Part shown: in pieces, positions 1-9,786 of the stretch
Numbering within the stretch: position 1 is the first letter of the stretch
Layout: each line of letters begins with the position of its first letter
Source of the DNA: Lachnospiraceae bacterium 62-26
GTDB lineage: Bacteria; Bacillota; Clostridia; Lachnospirales; Lachnospiraceae
Strand: one strand, 5' to 3'
Length of the DNA: 64,000 nt
NCBI GenBank assembly: GCA_041223685.1
Contig: JBCLQR010000015.1
The notes under the pieces: generated by a model
Database searches by the model: none
The model's input: the letters and a program-made list of their open reading frames with translations, nothing else
What the model was told of the DNA's origin: nothing
Program-made: the position numbers and the translations under genes

Positions 1-155
1 CGGTGAAACGGAGGATTATGGACATGGGGCTTACAAAGGGTACTCAGGTCTGTGTAAGAAAGATGGCGCCTCTTGGAGATCCGGTAGAAGTGACGGTCAG
101 AGGCTATGAGCTGTCAATCAGAAAAGCGGATGCTCAGATGATCGAGGTACAGTAA
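1..155 (+). CDS. feoA: FeoA family iron transport protein, 3' part (start lies upstream of window)
   Basis: Frame open from window edge to TAA at 153-155; translation ..MDMGLTKGTQVCVRKMAPLGDPVEVTVRGYELSIRKADAQMIEVQ matches the FeoA SH3-like domain; sits directly upstream of feoB. Confidence 0.7.
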   Translation, partial: VKRRIMDMGLTKGTQVCVRKMAPLGDPVEVTVRGYELSIRKADAQMIEVQ

Positions 156-241
156 GGCATAATAACACAGAGAATTTTAGCAGTGAGGAAAGAAATATCT
201 GCGAAATACAAGAAACAGTATAAGAACAGGAGGGAAGAAAT

Positions 242-2395
242 ATGGGAGTAAAGATCGCACTTGCAGGAAACCCTAACAGCGGGAAGACCACGCTGTTCAA
301 TGCGCTTACGGGTTCGAACCAGTTTGTTGGAAACTGGCCGGGTGTTACCGTTGAGAAGAAGGAAGGAAAATTAAAGGATAATAAGGAAGTCACGATCACA
401 GATCTGCCGGGGATCTATTCCTTATCCCCATATACATTGGAGGAAGTTACAGCCAGAAATTATCTGATTACGGAGCGCCCGGATGCAATCCTTAATATTG
501 TGGACGGAACGAATCTGGAGCGGAATCTGTATCTGAGCACACAGCTGATGGAGCTCGGGATTCCGGTTGTATTGGCGGTTAATATGATGGATGTGGTGAG
601 AAAATCCGGAGATCAGATAGACATAAAGCTGTTGGGAGAAAAACTGGGGTGCAAGGTCGTGTCTATTTCCGCATTAAAGGGAGAAGGCGTCGGGGAAGCG
701 GTTGACATGGCCGTGAAAATGGCGCAGAATAAGTGTGAGACCAAAGCTGTCCATAGATTTTCTTTGGAGGTGGAAGGATATCTCGGGGAGATTGAGAGGA
801 AGCTGACAGGGATTGCAGAAGAGCAGAAAAGATTCTATGCGATAAAGCTGTTTGAAAGAGACGAGAAGCTTAAGGGGCAGATGGTGCAGGCCCCGGATGT
901 ATCGCAGATAATAGCAAAGGCAGAGGAGAAGCTGGATGATGACGCGGAGAGTATCATTACGGATGAACGGTATCATTACATTGCGTCCGTGACAGACGGC
1001 TGTGTTAAGAAGGCCGGGAAAGAGAAGATGACGATCTCTGACAAGATTGACCGGGTTGTGACGAACAGATGGCTTGCATTGCCGATCTTTGCCGCTGTAA
1101 TGTGGCTGGTCTATTATGTGTCGGTTTCAACGATAGGAACCGTTATGACAGATTGGACGAATGATGTTCTGTTTGGGGAGATTATTCCGCCTGCGGCAGA
1201 GAAATTTCTTGTGAGCATTCATTGTGCAGAATGGCTGCGGGGATTGATCCTGGATGGTATCATTGCGGGCGTGGGAGCTGTTCTTGGATTTGTTCCGCAG
1301 ATGCTGGTGCTGTTTATCTTTCTCGCATTTCTGGAAGCGTGCGGTTACATGGCCAGGATTGCGTTTATCATGGACAGAGTATTCCGCAGGTTCGGACTGT
1401 CCGGGAAGTCATTTATCCCCATGCTGATCGGTACGGGGTGCGGTGTGCCGGGGATCATGGCGTCCCGCACGATCGAGAATGACCGCGACCGCAAGATGAC
1501 GATCATTACGACTACATTTATTCCGTGCGGTGCGAAACTGCCGATCATCGCGCTGATTGCCGGAGCGTTGTTTGACGGGGCTTCATGGGTGGCGCCGAGC
1601 GCGTATTTTCTGGGGATTGCGGCGGTCATCTGTTCCGGGATCATTCTGAAGAAGACGAGGCTGTTTGCCGGAGATCCGGCGCCGTTTGTTATGGAACTGC
1701 CGGCTTATCACATGCCGACAGTGGGAAATGTGATGAGAAGCATGTGGGAGAGAGGCTGGTCCTTTATCAAGAAGGCGGGAACCGTCATTCTTCTGTCAAC
1801 GGTCTTTATCTGGTTTACCTCCGGATTCGGAATTGTGGACGGACAGTTCGGTATGGTGGATGACCTAAGCGACGGATTCCTGGCAGGTATCGGGCGGGCG
1901 TTTGCATGGATTTTCGTTCCGCTTGGCTGGGGAGACTGGCAGGCGGCTGTGGCGGCGGTCACAGGGCTTGTGGCGAAGGAAAATGTGGTCGGGACATTTG
2001 GTATTCTCTATGGATTTGGGGAAGTGGCAGAGGACGGGAGCGAGATCTGGGGGACGCTGGCCGTGAGCATGACGGCTGTTTCCGCGTATTCTTTCCTGGT
2101 ATTCAATCTTTTGTGCGCGCCATGCTTTGCGGCGATCGGCGCGATTAAGAGGGAGATGAACCATGCAGGCTGGACCTGGTTTGCGATTGGGTATCAGTGC
2201 GCATTTGCTTATGCGGTTTCATTATGTATCTATCAGTTTGGAATGCTGTTTGCTGGTAAAGAACCTGGGATTGGTACGATGGCGGCGCTTCTGGTGCTGA
2301 TAGGATTCTTGTATCTGTTATGCAGGCCGCATAAAGAGACGACTGGGTTAAATATGAATCTGTCCAGCGTGGCAGTTAAAGGAGCGAAGGTGTAA
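242..2395 (+). CDS. feoB: Ferrous iron transporter FeoB (N-terminal GTPase + membrane permease)
   Basis: 717-aa ORF; N-terminal G-domain motifs GNPNSGKTTLFNALTG, DLPGIYSL, NMMD; long polytopic C-terminal region; RBS GGAGGGAAG 8 nt upstream of ATG. Confidence 0.95.
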   Translation: MGVKIALAGNPNSGKTTLFNALTGSNQFVGNWPGVTVEKKEGKLKDNKEVTITDLPGIYSLSPYTLEEVTARNYLITERPDAILNIVDGTNLERNLYLSTQLMELGIPVVLAVNMMDVVRKSGDQIDIKLLGEKLGCKVVSISALKGEGVGEAVDMAVKMAQNKCETKAVHRFSLEVEGYLGEIERKLTGIAEEQKRFYAIKLFERDEKLKGQMVQAPDVSQIIAKAEEKLDDDAESIITDERYHYIASVTDGCVKKAGKEKMTISDKIDRVVTNRWLALPIFAAVMWLVYYVSVSTIGTVMTDWTNDVLFGEIIPPAAEKFLVSIHCAEWLRGLILDGIIAGVGAVLGFVPQMLVLFIFLAFLEACGYMARIAFIMDRVFRRFGLSGKSFIPMLIGTGCGVPGIMASRTIENDRDRKMTIITTTFIPCGAKLPIIALIAGALFDGASWVAPSAYFLGIAAVICSGIILKKTRLFAGDPAPFVMELPAYHMPTVGNVMRSMWERGWSFIKKAGTVILLSTVFIWFTSGFGIVDGQFGMVDDLSDGFLAGIGRAFAWIFVPLGWGDWQAAVAAVTGLVAKENVVGTFGILYGFGEVAEDGSEIWGTLAVSMTAVSAYSFLVFNLLCAPCFAAIGAIKREMNHAGWTWFAIGYQCAFAYAVSLCIYQFGMLFAGKEPGIGTMAALLVLIGFLYLLCRPHKETTGLNMNLSSVAVKGAKV

Positions 2396-2571
2396 TGATG
2401 GTATTGGCGGTGAGCAGTATTGTATCGACGTCGCTGACAGGGGGCGTGGTATTTGCCATTATGGTACTGGCGGTAAGGAGTATATGGAAAAAGAAGAAGT
2501 CAGGGGGAGGCTGTGGCTGCGGGTGCGCCGGATGCAGCGGCGCGTGCCCGTCTAAGAAACGTGATTCTTGA
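2395..2571 (+). CDS. FeoB-associated Cys-rich small membrane protein (58 aa, below ORF-track cutoff)
   Basis: ATG overlaps feoB stop (TAATG at 2393-2397); one predicted TM helix followed by GGGCGCGCAGCSGACPS Cys cluster; 59 codons ending TGA 2569-2571. Confidence 0.55.
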   Translation: MMVLAVSSIVSTSLTGGVVFAIMVLAVRSIWKKKKSGGGCGCGCAGCSGACPSKKRDS

Positions 2572-2586
2572 TTCCGTTGTAATAGT

Positions 2587-2615
2587 TTGACTTTTGAGGG
2601 GTGGAATAATATAAT
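2587..2615 (+). promoter_or_regulatory. Putative sigma-A promoter (TTGACT-17-TATAAT) for the aminopeptidase gene
   Basis: TTGACT at 2587-2592, 17-nt spacer, TATAAT at 2610-2615, about 40 nt upstream of the 2654 start. Confidence 0.4.
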
Positions 2616-2653
2616 GAAGTTATCAATATTATAGAGAAAGGCTGGGGAAGACA

Positions 2654-3739
2654 ATGGACCAGGGCAAAGTTGCAAGAGTGTTGAAATCAATGGAGGAACA
2701 CGAGATTCCGCAGATGATCATATCTGATCCGGTTGCTGTCTTTTATCTTACGGGAAAGCGGATCGAGCCGGGGGAGAGACTGCTGGCGTTATATCTGAAC
2801 GTCAACGGCGGTCATAAGCTGGTTATCAACAAGTTATTCCCGCAGGAGAAGGATCTGGGGGTTGAACTTGTATGGTATGATGACATTGAGGATGGTGTGG
2901 AGATTTTAAGCCGGCTTGTGGAGAAGGATAAGACCATGGGAGTTGACAAGACATGGCCGGCGAGATTTCTTCTTCGTCTGCAAGAGCTGGGCGGCGGAAG
3001 CAGGTTCGTGAATGGTTCTCCGATCGTTGATTACATCCGTATGGTGAAGGATGAGAAAGAGAAGGAGCTGATGAGAGAGGCCTCCAGGCTGAATGACATT
3101 GCTATGGAGAGACTGATTCCATGGGTTGTCAAAGGAATGACGGAGAAGGAATTGAACGCGAAGATCCGGGAGATTTACAAGGAACTTGGCTGTGAGGATG
3201 TATCCTTCGATCCGATCACGGCTTATGCAAAGGGCGCGGCAGATCCGCACCATGTAACGGATGATTCGAAGGGGAAGCGCGGTGACTGTGTGCTCCTTGA
3301 TATCGGTGCGTTCAAGGATAATTATGCTTCTGATATGACGAGGACGGTGTTTATCGGCGAGGTGTCCGACCGGGCAAAGGAGATCTACGATATCGTTGTT
3401 GAGGCGAACAGACGCGGTATCGAGGCGGCAAAGCCGGGTAACCGGATGTGCGACGTTGACCTTGCGGCCAGGAATTATATCGAAGAAAAAGGCTATGGGC
3501 AGTATTTTACGCACAGGACCGGACATTCCATTGGTTTGGAGGATCACGAGTTCGGGGATGTGTCCTCTGTCAATGAAGATATCATTCAGGCAGGACAGTG
3601 CTTCTCTGTTGAACCGGGGATCTATCTTGCGGACGAGGGCATCGGAGTGCGCATTGAGGATCTTGTGCTCATCACGGAAGACGGCTGTGAAGTGTTGAAT
3701 CACTTTACAAAAGATCTGATCATAGTACCAGAAGAATAG
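2654..3739 (+). CDS. M24 family metallopeptidase (Xaa-Pro aminopeptidase/dipeptidase-like)
   Basis: 361 aa; creatinase-N-like N-terminus plus pita-bread fold motifs DIGA..YASDMTRT, HRTGHSIGLEDHE, EPGIY, IRIED. Confidence 0.85.
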   Translation: MDQGKVARVLKSMEEHEIPQMIISDPVAVFYLTGKRIEPGERLLALYLNVNGGHKLVINKLFPQEKDLGVELVWYDDIEDGVEILSRLVEKDKTMGVDKTWPARFLLRLQELGGGSRFVNGSPIVDYIRMVKDEKEKELMREASRLNDIAMERLIPWVVKGMTEKELNAKIREIYKELGCEDVSFDPITAYAKGAADPHHVTDDSKGKRGDCVLLDIGAFKDNYASDMTRTVFIGEVSDRAKEIYDIVVEANRRGIEAAKPGNRMCDVDLAARNYIEEKGYGQYFTHRTGHSIGLEDHEFGDVSSVNEDIIQAGQCFSVEPGIYLADEGIGVRIEDLVLITEDGCEVLNHFTKDLIIVPEE

Positions 3740-3760
3740 AGACGGTTCTTTTATAAAGGG

Positions 3761-3798
3761 TTGCCGGGGAAGGTAATTATTTTCCGGCAATCTTTTTT
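3761..3798 (+). terminator. Rho-independent terminator after the M24 peptidase gene
   Basis: Stem TTGCCGG (3761-3767) / CCGGCAA (3784-3790) with 16-nt loop, followed by TCTTTTTTG. Confidence 0.6.
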
Positions 3799-4019
3799 GT
3801 TAAAATGTGTATGTGTCTTGTTGTCGAAAGATGTCGAAAATTTGTTCGTTTTTTTGAGGAAAAAGGATTGAAATCTATGGGGAAGGTCTGGTAAAATAAA
3901 GGTCAGAAAGATTGCAAGGGAAGTAATCATCTATTTTCATTTATTTCAGGATATATCTGTCGGATTCAGACAATGTTTTCCAGGTTATGCTATTTTAATT
4001 TAAGAACAGGAGTGAAGTT

Positions 4020-4274
4020 ATGAACCATATTAAGATGGAAAATGAATATGTAGGGGTAATGGTGAATTTATATGAGAAGTCAAATGAGGAGATTTGTGCA
4101 ATTGCAGAGAGCGGGCGTATAGACGACATTATGACAGGATATCTCGTATTGATCCTTCATAAGGTAGGGGTTGCGATGGATAAGGTAGATGAGATAGACT
4201 ACAACGCCATCTTCCGCAAGATTGATGTCAGAGAAGCGCAGATGCTTGGAAGACTGTATGGAAGAAAGAGATGA
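4020..4274 (+). CDS. Hypothetical small protein (84 aa)
   Basis: ORF with RBS AGGAGTGAAG 5 nt upstream of ATG; lies in an AT-rich 750-bp region; no recognisable motif. Confidence 0.4.
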   Translation: MNHIKMENEYVGVMVNLYEKSNEEICAIAESGRIDDIMTGYLVLILHKVGVAMDKVDEIDYNAIFRKIDVREAQMLGRLYGRKR

Positions 4275-4386
4275 GGCGGTTTCTCGTCTTACCTGTGTGA
4301 CAGGCGGTTTTTGGGTAAGTGTCTGTGAAGGTGTGTTAAGATAGTGAAAATATAGCAAAAAGACTGCGATTAAGAGAAGATACATC

Positions 4387-4415
4387 TTGACCTTTAGTTG
4401 TAAAGAGATTATAAT
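4387..4415 (+). promoter_or_regulatory. Putative sigma-A promoter (TTGACC-17-TATAAT) upstream of the HD-domain gene
   Basis: TTGACC 4387-4392, 17-nt spacer, TATAAT 4410-4415; about 80 nt upstream of the GTG start at 4493. Confidence 0.4.
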
Positions 4416-4492
4416 TTTGAACGTAAGACTTGAAGTTAAGGCGGATAAGAGGAGATAGAGGATAAGAGAAACTGACAAAGGAGGAAGCAAAA

Positions 4493-5056
4493 GTGACCAG
4501 AGAGCAGGCACACGATATCTTGATGAAGTATATGAAGGGTGAGAATTATATTACTCATTCATATGCAGTAGAGGCAATTATGAAGGGACTGGCCAAGCGC
4601 CTTGCCCCGGATGAGGTAGAATACTGGGGCATTGTCGGACTTCTCCATGATCTGGATGAGGAACAGTGTGACTGGAAGAACGACATGGGAGTGCATGGCC
4701 CGTCGTCTGTGGAGATCCTTAAAAAGGAAGGGATTGATGATAAAGTATTATTTGACGCGATCTGTGCGCATAACCCGAAGTGTGGTGTGAAAGCGAAGAC
4801 CAAGCTGCAATATGCGATTCTGTCGGCAGATCCGATGAGCGGATTTGTGAAGGCGGTTGCACAGATTTATCCAGATAAGAAGATTGCGAGTGTGAAGCAC
4901 AAGTCTGTAATGAAGCGTTTTAATGAACTGCGATTTGCGGCAGGAGCCAACAGGGATTATATGGAAGCGATTGAGTTTACAGGGCTGAGCCTGGACGACC
5001 TGATCGATGTTGCGTTGGAGGAGATGGGAGCCATCGCGGATGTGCTGGGGTTGTAA
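4493..5056 (+). CDS. HD/HDIG domain phosphohydrolase
   Basis: 187 aa; His..HD metal-binding signature (ITHSYAVEA .. GLLHDLDE); GTG start preceded by AAGGAGGAAGC. Confidence 0.75.
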   Translation: MTREQAHDILMKYMKGENYITHSYAVEAIMKGLAKRLAPDEVEYWGIVGLLHDLDEEQCDWKNDMGVHGPSSVEILKKEGIDDKVLFDAICAHNPKCGVKAKTKLQYAILSADPMSGFVKAVAQIYPDKKIASVKHKSVMKRFNELRFAAGANRDYMEAIEFTGLSLDDLIDVALEEMGAIADVLGL

Positions 5057-5201
5057 TTTATTGATAACGACAGCAGATATATCAGGGGCATATGCCGGAT
5101 ATCACATAGTATCTCTTATATAATAGGAAGAAACAGGGATTAACTGGTTTTGCAAATAAAAATTGGAAGTGTTTATGCGTCCCGCTTTGACGCTAAAGCT
5201 G

Positions 5202-5230
5202 TTGACAAAATTATATTGAGAAGGTATTAT
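5202..5230 (+). promoter_or_regulatory. Putative sigma-A promoter (TTGACA-17-TATTAT) of the cps-like operon
   Basis: TTGACA 5202-5207, 17-nt spacer, TATTAT 5225-5230, 46 nt upstream of the cpsB-like start. Confidence 0.45.
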
Positions 5231-5276
5231 TAAATACAGCTATATAACAGGCTGTATATAAGAAGGGTGTGAAGTT

Positions 5277-6014
5277 ATGGAAGGCTTTATAGACATGCAT
5301 TGTCATATATTGCCGGGAGTAGATGACGGCGCGAAAGATATCAAAGAGACGAAAGAGATGTTAAGGATCGCATATGAGGAAGGGATACGCTGTATTATTG
5401 CTACTCCACATCATCATCCAAAGCGTGGAAAAGAGAGCCCGAAGATATTGCGGCGGCAGGCTAAGCTGGTGCGGGAGGCCGCCCATGAGATAGACGAGCA
5501 TTTCCGTATCTATCTGGGGACAGAGATTTTCTTTGGACAGGATGTGCCGGACAAGCTGGAAGCCGGTGAGATATTATCCATGAATAACAGGGATTATGTG
5601 CTTGTGGAATTCTCGCCCTCTGATACTTATGCTTATATACGGCAGAGTCTCCAGCAGATGCAGATGGCCGGCTATGAGGTGATCCTCGCCCATGTAGAGA
5701 GATACAACTGTATTATCAAGGAGATTGAACTGGCAGAACAGTTGTGGGAGATGGGGATTCGTCTTCAGGTGAATGCGGACAGTATCACCGGCGAGAACGG
5801 CAGAGAGCTTAAGAAGTTTGTAAAGTGTCTGATGGACCAGGATCTTGTGTTCTGTGTTGGTACGGACGCACACAGCTGCCGGCACCGTGCACCCAGAATG
5901 AAGAAAGCGGCAGCCCAGGTAAAGAAGAAATTTGGCGATGAATATATGAGGAGGATATTCTTTGGCAATGCGAAGACGATGCTGAAGAAGTTACAGAAGA
6001 ATGAGTTACGATAA
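5277..6014 (+). CDS. cpsB: Capsular polysaccharide biosynthesis protein CpsB/YwqE-type PHP-family protein-tyrosine phosphatase
   Basis: 245 aa; N-terminal DMHCHILPGVDDG and ATPHHH PHP-phosphatase motifs; operon position immediately before Wzz and BY-kinase genes. Confidence 0.85.
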   Translation: MEGFIDMHCHILPGVDDGAKDIKETKEMLRIAYEEGIRCIIATPHHHPKRGKESPKILRRQAKLVREAAHEIDEHFRIYLGTEIFFGQDVPDKLEAGEILSMNNRDYVLVEFSPSDTYAYIRQSLQQMQMAGYEVILAHVERYNCIIKEIELAEQLWEMGIRLQVNADSITGENGRELKKFVKCLMDQDLVFCVGTDAHSCRHRAPRMKKAAAQVKKKFGDEYMRRIFFGNAKTMLKKLQKNELR

Positions 6015-6783
6015 GATGACGAATCCGGAATTTGATAATGATGAGATTACAATAGACCTGACAGAACTGCTTATGGTATTGTGGTCCGAGATTCATATTA
6101 TATTGCTGTCGGGGATGCTGATGGCTTTATTGGCGTTTGTAGGAACAAGATTGTTCATTACGCCGTTATATACGTCTGTTACCCAGATGTATGTATTAAC
6201 CAAGCAGGATAATAATGCGAATGTTACTTACAGTGACTTACAGACAGGTACTCAGCTGACGAAGGACTACATGGTCCTGATCAAGAGCCGCCCGGTAATG
6301 GAGCAGGTAATCTCGGCGCTGAACCTTGATATGGAGGCAGAAGAGCTTGCCGACATGATAAGCGTTGAGACTGAGACGGATACCCGTGTACTGAATATCA
6401 GCGTCCGGAATAAGGATCCTAAGGTGGCGAAGGAACTTGCGGATGCAGTGAGATCGGCCGTAGGCGTGCAGATCACAGAGATTATGGATGCAGAAGCGGT
6501 GAATACAGTACAGGAGGGCAATCTGGCCACATCACCTTCTTCGCCGAATACTATGAAGAATTCATTGATTGGCGGAATACTGGGAGTGATTATTGCGATA
6601 GGCGTGATCGTGCTGATATTCGTATTAGATGATACGGTTAAGAGCCCGGATGATGTGGAGCAGTATCTGGGACTTAACGTGCTTACGTCTATTCCGATAC
6701 AGGAAGGGGCAGAGAAGTCTAAGACGAAGAAGGTAAGAGGATTATCGGCAAAGAAGCTCATGGGGAGCAGTAAGAAGAGGTAA
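6001..6783 (+). CDS. cpsC: Wzz/CpsC-type polysaccharide co-polymerase (BY-kinase transmembrane activator)
   Basis: 260 aa; N-terminal TM, periplasmic Wzz-like segment, second TM (IGGILGVIIAIGVIVLIFVL) and short basic tail; overlaps cpsB end by 14 nt. Confidence 0.8.
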   Translation: MSYDKMTNPEFDNDEITIDLTELLMVLWSEIHIILLSGMLMALLAFVGTRLFITPLYTSVTQMYVLTKQDNNANVTYSDLQTGTQLTKDYMVLIKSRPVMEQVISALNLDMEAEELADMISVETETDTRVLNISVRNKDPKVAKELADAVRSAVGVQITEIMDAEAVNTVQEGNLATSPSSPNTMKNSLIGGILGVIIAIGVIVLIFVLDDTVKSPDDVEQYLGLNVLTSIPIQEGAEKSKTKKVRGLSAKKLMGSSKKR

Positions 6784-6798
6784 GAAGGAGAGAAGAGG

Positions 6799-7512
6799 AT
6801 GCAGGAAGTAATATTAAAGAATGTGGCGAAGGATTATCGGAGCAATGAAGCATATAAGACTCTCCGAACCAATGTTGAATTCTCGGGTTCAGATAAGCAG
6901 GTGATCGTATTCACGTCCTGTACACCGAATGAAGGTAAGAGTACGGTGTCGTTGTCTTTGGCAATCTCGCTTGCAGAGGCAGATAAGAATGTACTTTTTG
7001 TAGATGCAGACCTTAGAAAGTCTGTATTGGTAGGACGGCATCAGATTAAGGGATCTATCAAGGGGCTCAGTCATTTTCTGTCGGGACAGGCTGAGGCAAA
7101 GGATGTAATTGCCAAGACTCAGGAGAATGGATTATTCTGTGTACTTGCGGGTGTTGTACCGCCAAACCCGGCCGAGTTGTTGGGGAACCGCAGGTTTGAG
7201 GCATTTATCCAGGGGGCGAAGAAGGCATATGATTATGTGATCATTGATGCGCCTCCGGTTGGAAGTGTAATTGACAGCGCCATTATAGCTAAGAATTGTG
7301 ACGCGGCCATACTGGTAATTGCGGCGAATACGATCAGTTACAAGTTTGCCAGGAGCATGAAAGAGCAGATGGAGAAGTCGGACTGCCCGATCCTGGGTGT
7401 TGTGCTCAACAAGGTTAATATGAAGCAGAATAAGTATTACGGAAGATATTACGGAAGATATTACGGTGACTATTACGGAAGTTATGGTCATGAAGAAGAT
7501 AAGAAGAAGTAG
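6799..7512 (+). CDS. cpsD: CpsD/YwqD-type bacterial protein-tyrosine kinase (BY-kinase)
   Basis: 237 aa; Walker A CTPNEGKSTVS, Walker A' VLFVDADLRKS, Walker B VIIDAPP; C-terminal Tyr cluster YYGRYYGRYYGDYYGSYG typical of autophosphorylation sites. Confidence 0.9.
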   Translation: MQEVILKNVAKDYRSNEAYKTLRTNVEFSGSDKQVIVFTSCTPNEGKSTVSLSLAISLAEADKNVLFVDADLRKSVLVGRHQIKGSIKGLSHFLSGQAEAKDVIAKTQENGLFCVLAGVVPPNPAELLGNRRFEAFIQGAKKAYDYVIIDAPPVGSVIDSAIIAKNCDAAILVIAANTISYKFARSMKEQMEKSDCPILGVVLNKVNMKQNKYYGRYYGRYYGDYYGSYGHEEDKKK

Positions 7513-7520
7513 AGGGCATT

Positions 7521-8219
7521 GTGATGAAACATCGGGGATTAGCACTTGCATTGGCGAGTGGATGTGTGATTTTGGGAATTATAGCGGTTTTCTTACAGTT
7601 GAGCCAGGACACCACGCCGCCGGAGATTAAGATAGAAGAGAGAGATATTACGTATACGGAAGGAGACAGCTACGAAGGTTTGCTTGAGGGTGTGTCTGCT
7701 TCTGATAAGGCAGACGGCGATCTTACCAGCGAAGTATTTGTCAATAAGATCGTACTTACAGACGAACATGCGGCTGTCGTTTATTATGGAGTAATGGACG
7801 AGAGTAATAATGTGGGGATGGCAAGAAGACGTGTTAACTACAGGACTGCCGAGGAGGCATCAGGAGAAACAACTGATGAACCAGGAACGGACGCCTCCAA
7901 CGAAGCAGGAGAAGGAACAGCGGACGGAACGGTTCCGGCAGGAGGGGAGCCAACGCCGCTGGAGCCCAACGGACCAAGGCCGGTTATGGCGCTTACGACG
8001 AACCAGATAACGGTTCCGGTCAGAGGAGAGTTTGATCCGGTGAGTGTTGTACAGGGGGCGGTAGATGATAAGGACAGTTTTGAGATGTTATATCAGAATA
8101 TCCATGTAGATGGTGACTATGATCTGAAAGTCCCTGGCGTATATGAGCTTCGGTTTTATGTTACCGACAGCGACGGGAACGCATCTGATCCGCACATACT
8201 TACTTTGACGGTCGAATAG
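7521..8219 (+). CDS. Membrane-anchored protein with two Ig-like (DUF5011-type) repeats and a low-complexity acidic linker
   Basis: 232 aa; N-terminal signal/TM anchor; two related beta-rich repeat segments (..TYTEGDSYEGLL.. and ..VPGVYELRFYVTDSDGN..); assignment tentative. Confidence 0.5.
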   Translation: MMKHRGLALALASGCVILGIIAVFLQLSQDTTPPEIKIEERDITYTEGDSYEGLLEGVSASDKADGDLTSEVFVNKIVLTDEHAAVVYYGVMDESNNVGMARRRVNYRTAEEASGETTDEPGTDASNEAGEGTADGTVPAGGEPTPLEPNGPRPVMALTTNQITVPVRGEFDPVSVVQGAVDDKDSFEMLYQNIHVDGDYDLKVPGVYELRFYVTDSDGNASDPHILTLTVE

Positions 8220-8230
8220 AGAGGATAGAT

Positions 8231-9658
8231 ATGGAGCATCTTACCAGGAGAAAGAGAAACAGTATAATTGCGAAGATGTTTGTTCTGCTGCAATTGGTTG
8301 TGTCTATGGGATTCGCAGGTATATTACGGAAGAGCGGCATGATACCTGTGAAATATCTGCTTATCGTTCTGGTATTGCTGTTGATTGTGTGCGGTATTAT
8401 TTTCGCGCTTCAGCATTTGAGTAAGAGTATTAACGTACCAGGTGCTGTCCTGAGCATTCTGATCAGTATTATCCTGGGAATAGGGATTGCTTATTTCGCG
8501 AAAGCGGACAGGGTACTTAAGGATGTGGGAGGTGCGACATATAAGACTGATAATATGATTGTTGTGGTCAAGAAAGATGATCCGGCAGACAGTATAGAGG
8601 CTGCGAAGGATTATCGGTTTGGATATCAGACGGCGGCAGACAGTGACAATAATACACTTATGATTCAAGATATTGAGGCTAAGGTGGGAAGAGAACTGAT
8701 GCTGGTGGAAAACGCTACGGTTGTGGAGATGGCGCAGGCGCTTCTTGACGGAAGGGTTGATGCGGTCATTTATAACGAAGCGTACAGCGGTATTATTGAG
8801 GAAGCGGTTGAGAACTATCAGGATCAGGTAAGAGTTCTGTACCAGTATGGTATCCAGACAGAGATTGAACAGGAAGAGACGAATATTGAAGAAGCGTTTA
8901 ATATATATATCAGTGGTATAGATGTGGCTGGTTCGATCACAACGAACAGCCGGAGTGATGTGAATATTATCATGACCATCAACCCTAAGACGAAGAAGAT
9001 TCTTCTGACGACTACACCGAGAGATTACTATGTACAGATCCCGGGAGTATCAGGGGAAGCAAGGGATAAGCTGACACATGCCGGGATCTACGGGGTGGAC
9101 AGGTCGATGGCGGCATTGGAAAGTTTATATGGTATTGATATCTCTTATTATGCGAGGGTGAATTTTACTTCACTGATCACGATCGTGGACACTTTGGGAG
9201 GAGTAGATGTAAACTCTGAATATGCGTTTGAGGCCGGAGGCTACAGCTTTGTGAAGGGAATGAACCATCTGGATGGTAAACAGGCGCTTGCATTTGCAAG
9301 GGAGAGACACAGCTTCGCAGATGGAGATAATCAGAGGGGAAAGAATCAGGAAGCAATCCTGAAAGCAATACTGGAAAGAGTTATGTTTCCAGATATTCTT
9401 CTTCAGGCGAATCAGATATTGAATCATGTTGCAGATTGCGTTGAGACGAATATGACACAGGATGAGATGGCGAAGTTTATCAATATGCAGCTCTCTGAGA
9501 TGGCTGCATGGGAGATAGAGACGACGGCGGCAACGGGAAGAGGAGACAAACAGCCATGCTATTCGTCCGGATCACAGTTATTATATGTGATGTGGCCGGA
9601 TAATGCGATTGTTTCAGATATATCGAGAAAGATGAAGAAAATAGAGGGAGAGAACTAA
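8231..9658 (+). CDS. LCP (LytR-CpsA-Psr) family cell-envelope polymer ligase
   Basis: 475 aa; N-terminal TM segments, central accessory domain, C-terminal LCP core (NIIMTINPKTKKILLTTTPRDYYVQIPG .. HAGIYGVD .. YYARVNFTSLITIVDTLGGVDV .. ALAFARERH). Confidence 0.9.
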   Translation: MEHLTRRKRNSIIAKMFVLLQLVVSMGFAGILRKSGMIPVKYLLIVLVLLLIVCGIIFALQHLSKSINVPGAVLSILISIILGIGIAYFAKADRVLKDVGGATYKTDNMIVVVKKDDPADSIEAAKDYRFGYQTAADSDNNTLMIQDIEAKVGRELMLVENATVVEMAQALLDGRVDAVIYNEAYSGIIEEAVENYQDQVRVLYQYGIQTEIEQEETNIEEAFNIYISGIDVAGSITTNSRSDVNIIMTINPKTKKILLTTTPRDYYVQIPGVSGEARDKLTHAGIYGVDRSMAALESLYGIDISYYARVNFTSLITIVDTLGGVDVNSEYAFEAGGYSFVKGMNHLDGKQALAFARERHSFADGDNQRGKNQEAILKAILERVMFPDILLQANQILNHVADCVETNMTQDEMAKFINMQLSEMAAWEIETTAATGRGDKQPCYSSGSQLLYVMWPDNAIVSDISRKMKKIEGEN

Positions 9659-9660
9659 GG

Positions 9661-9786
9661 ATGTTTAATGTGATTGATCCAGAGAGAGCCGTAATTGCGG
9701 CGGGGGTAGTAATTGTAATCGGAATTGTGATCTTTGTTGTGAGAAACAGCAAGATGTTAGGAAGCAGATTGAGGAGCAGATATGAA
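9661..9786 (+). CDS. Possible 41-aa single-TM peptide between LCP and CapD-like genes
   Basis: ATG 3 nt after the LCP stop with GAGGGAGAGAA RBS; hydrophobic core AVIAAGVVIVIGIVIFVV; end overlaps next gene start by 5 nt; not in ORF track (<60 aa). Confidence 0.35.

Noticed and set aside
2906-3790. 294-aa ORF on the minus strand inside the M24 peptidase gene
   Set aside because: Completely antisense to a gene with strong family motifs; no RBS; typical shadow ORF. The same reasoning applies to 10595..11290 (-), 17647..18147 (+), 18799..19692 (+), 28027..28755 (-), 29134..29865 (-), 34976..35602 (-), 35874..36587 (-), 47945..48424 (-), 50081..50563 (-) and 55045..55716 (+).
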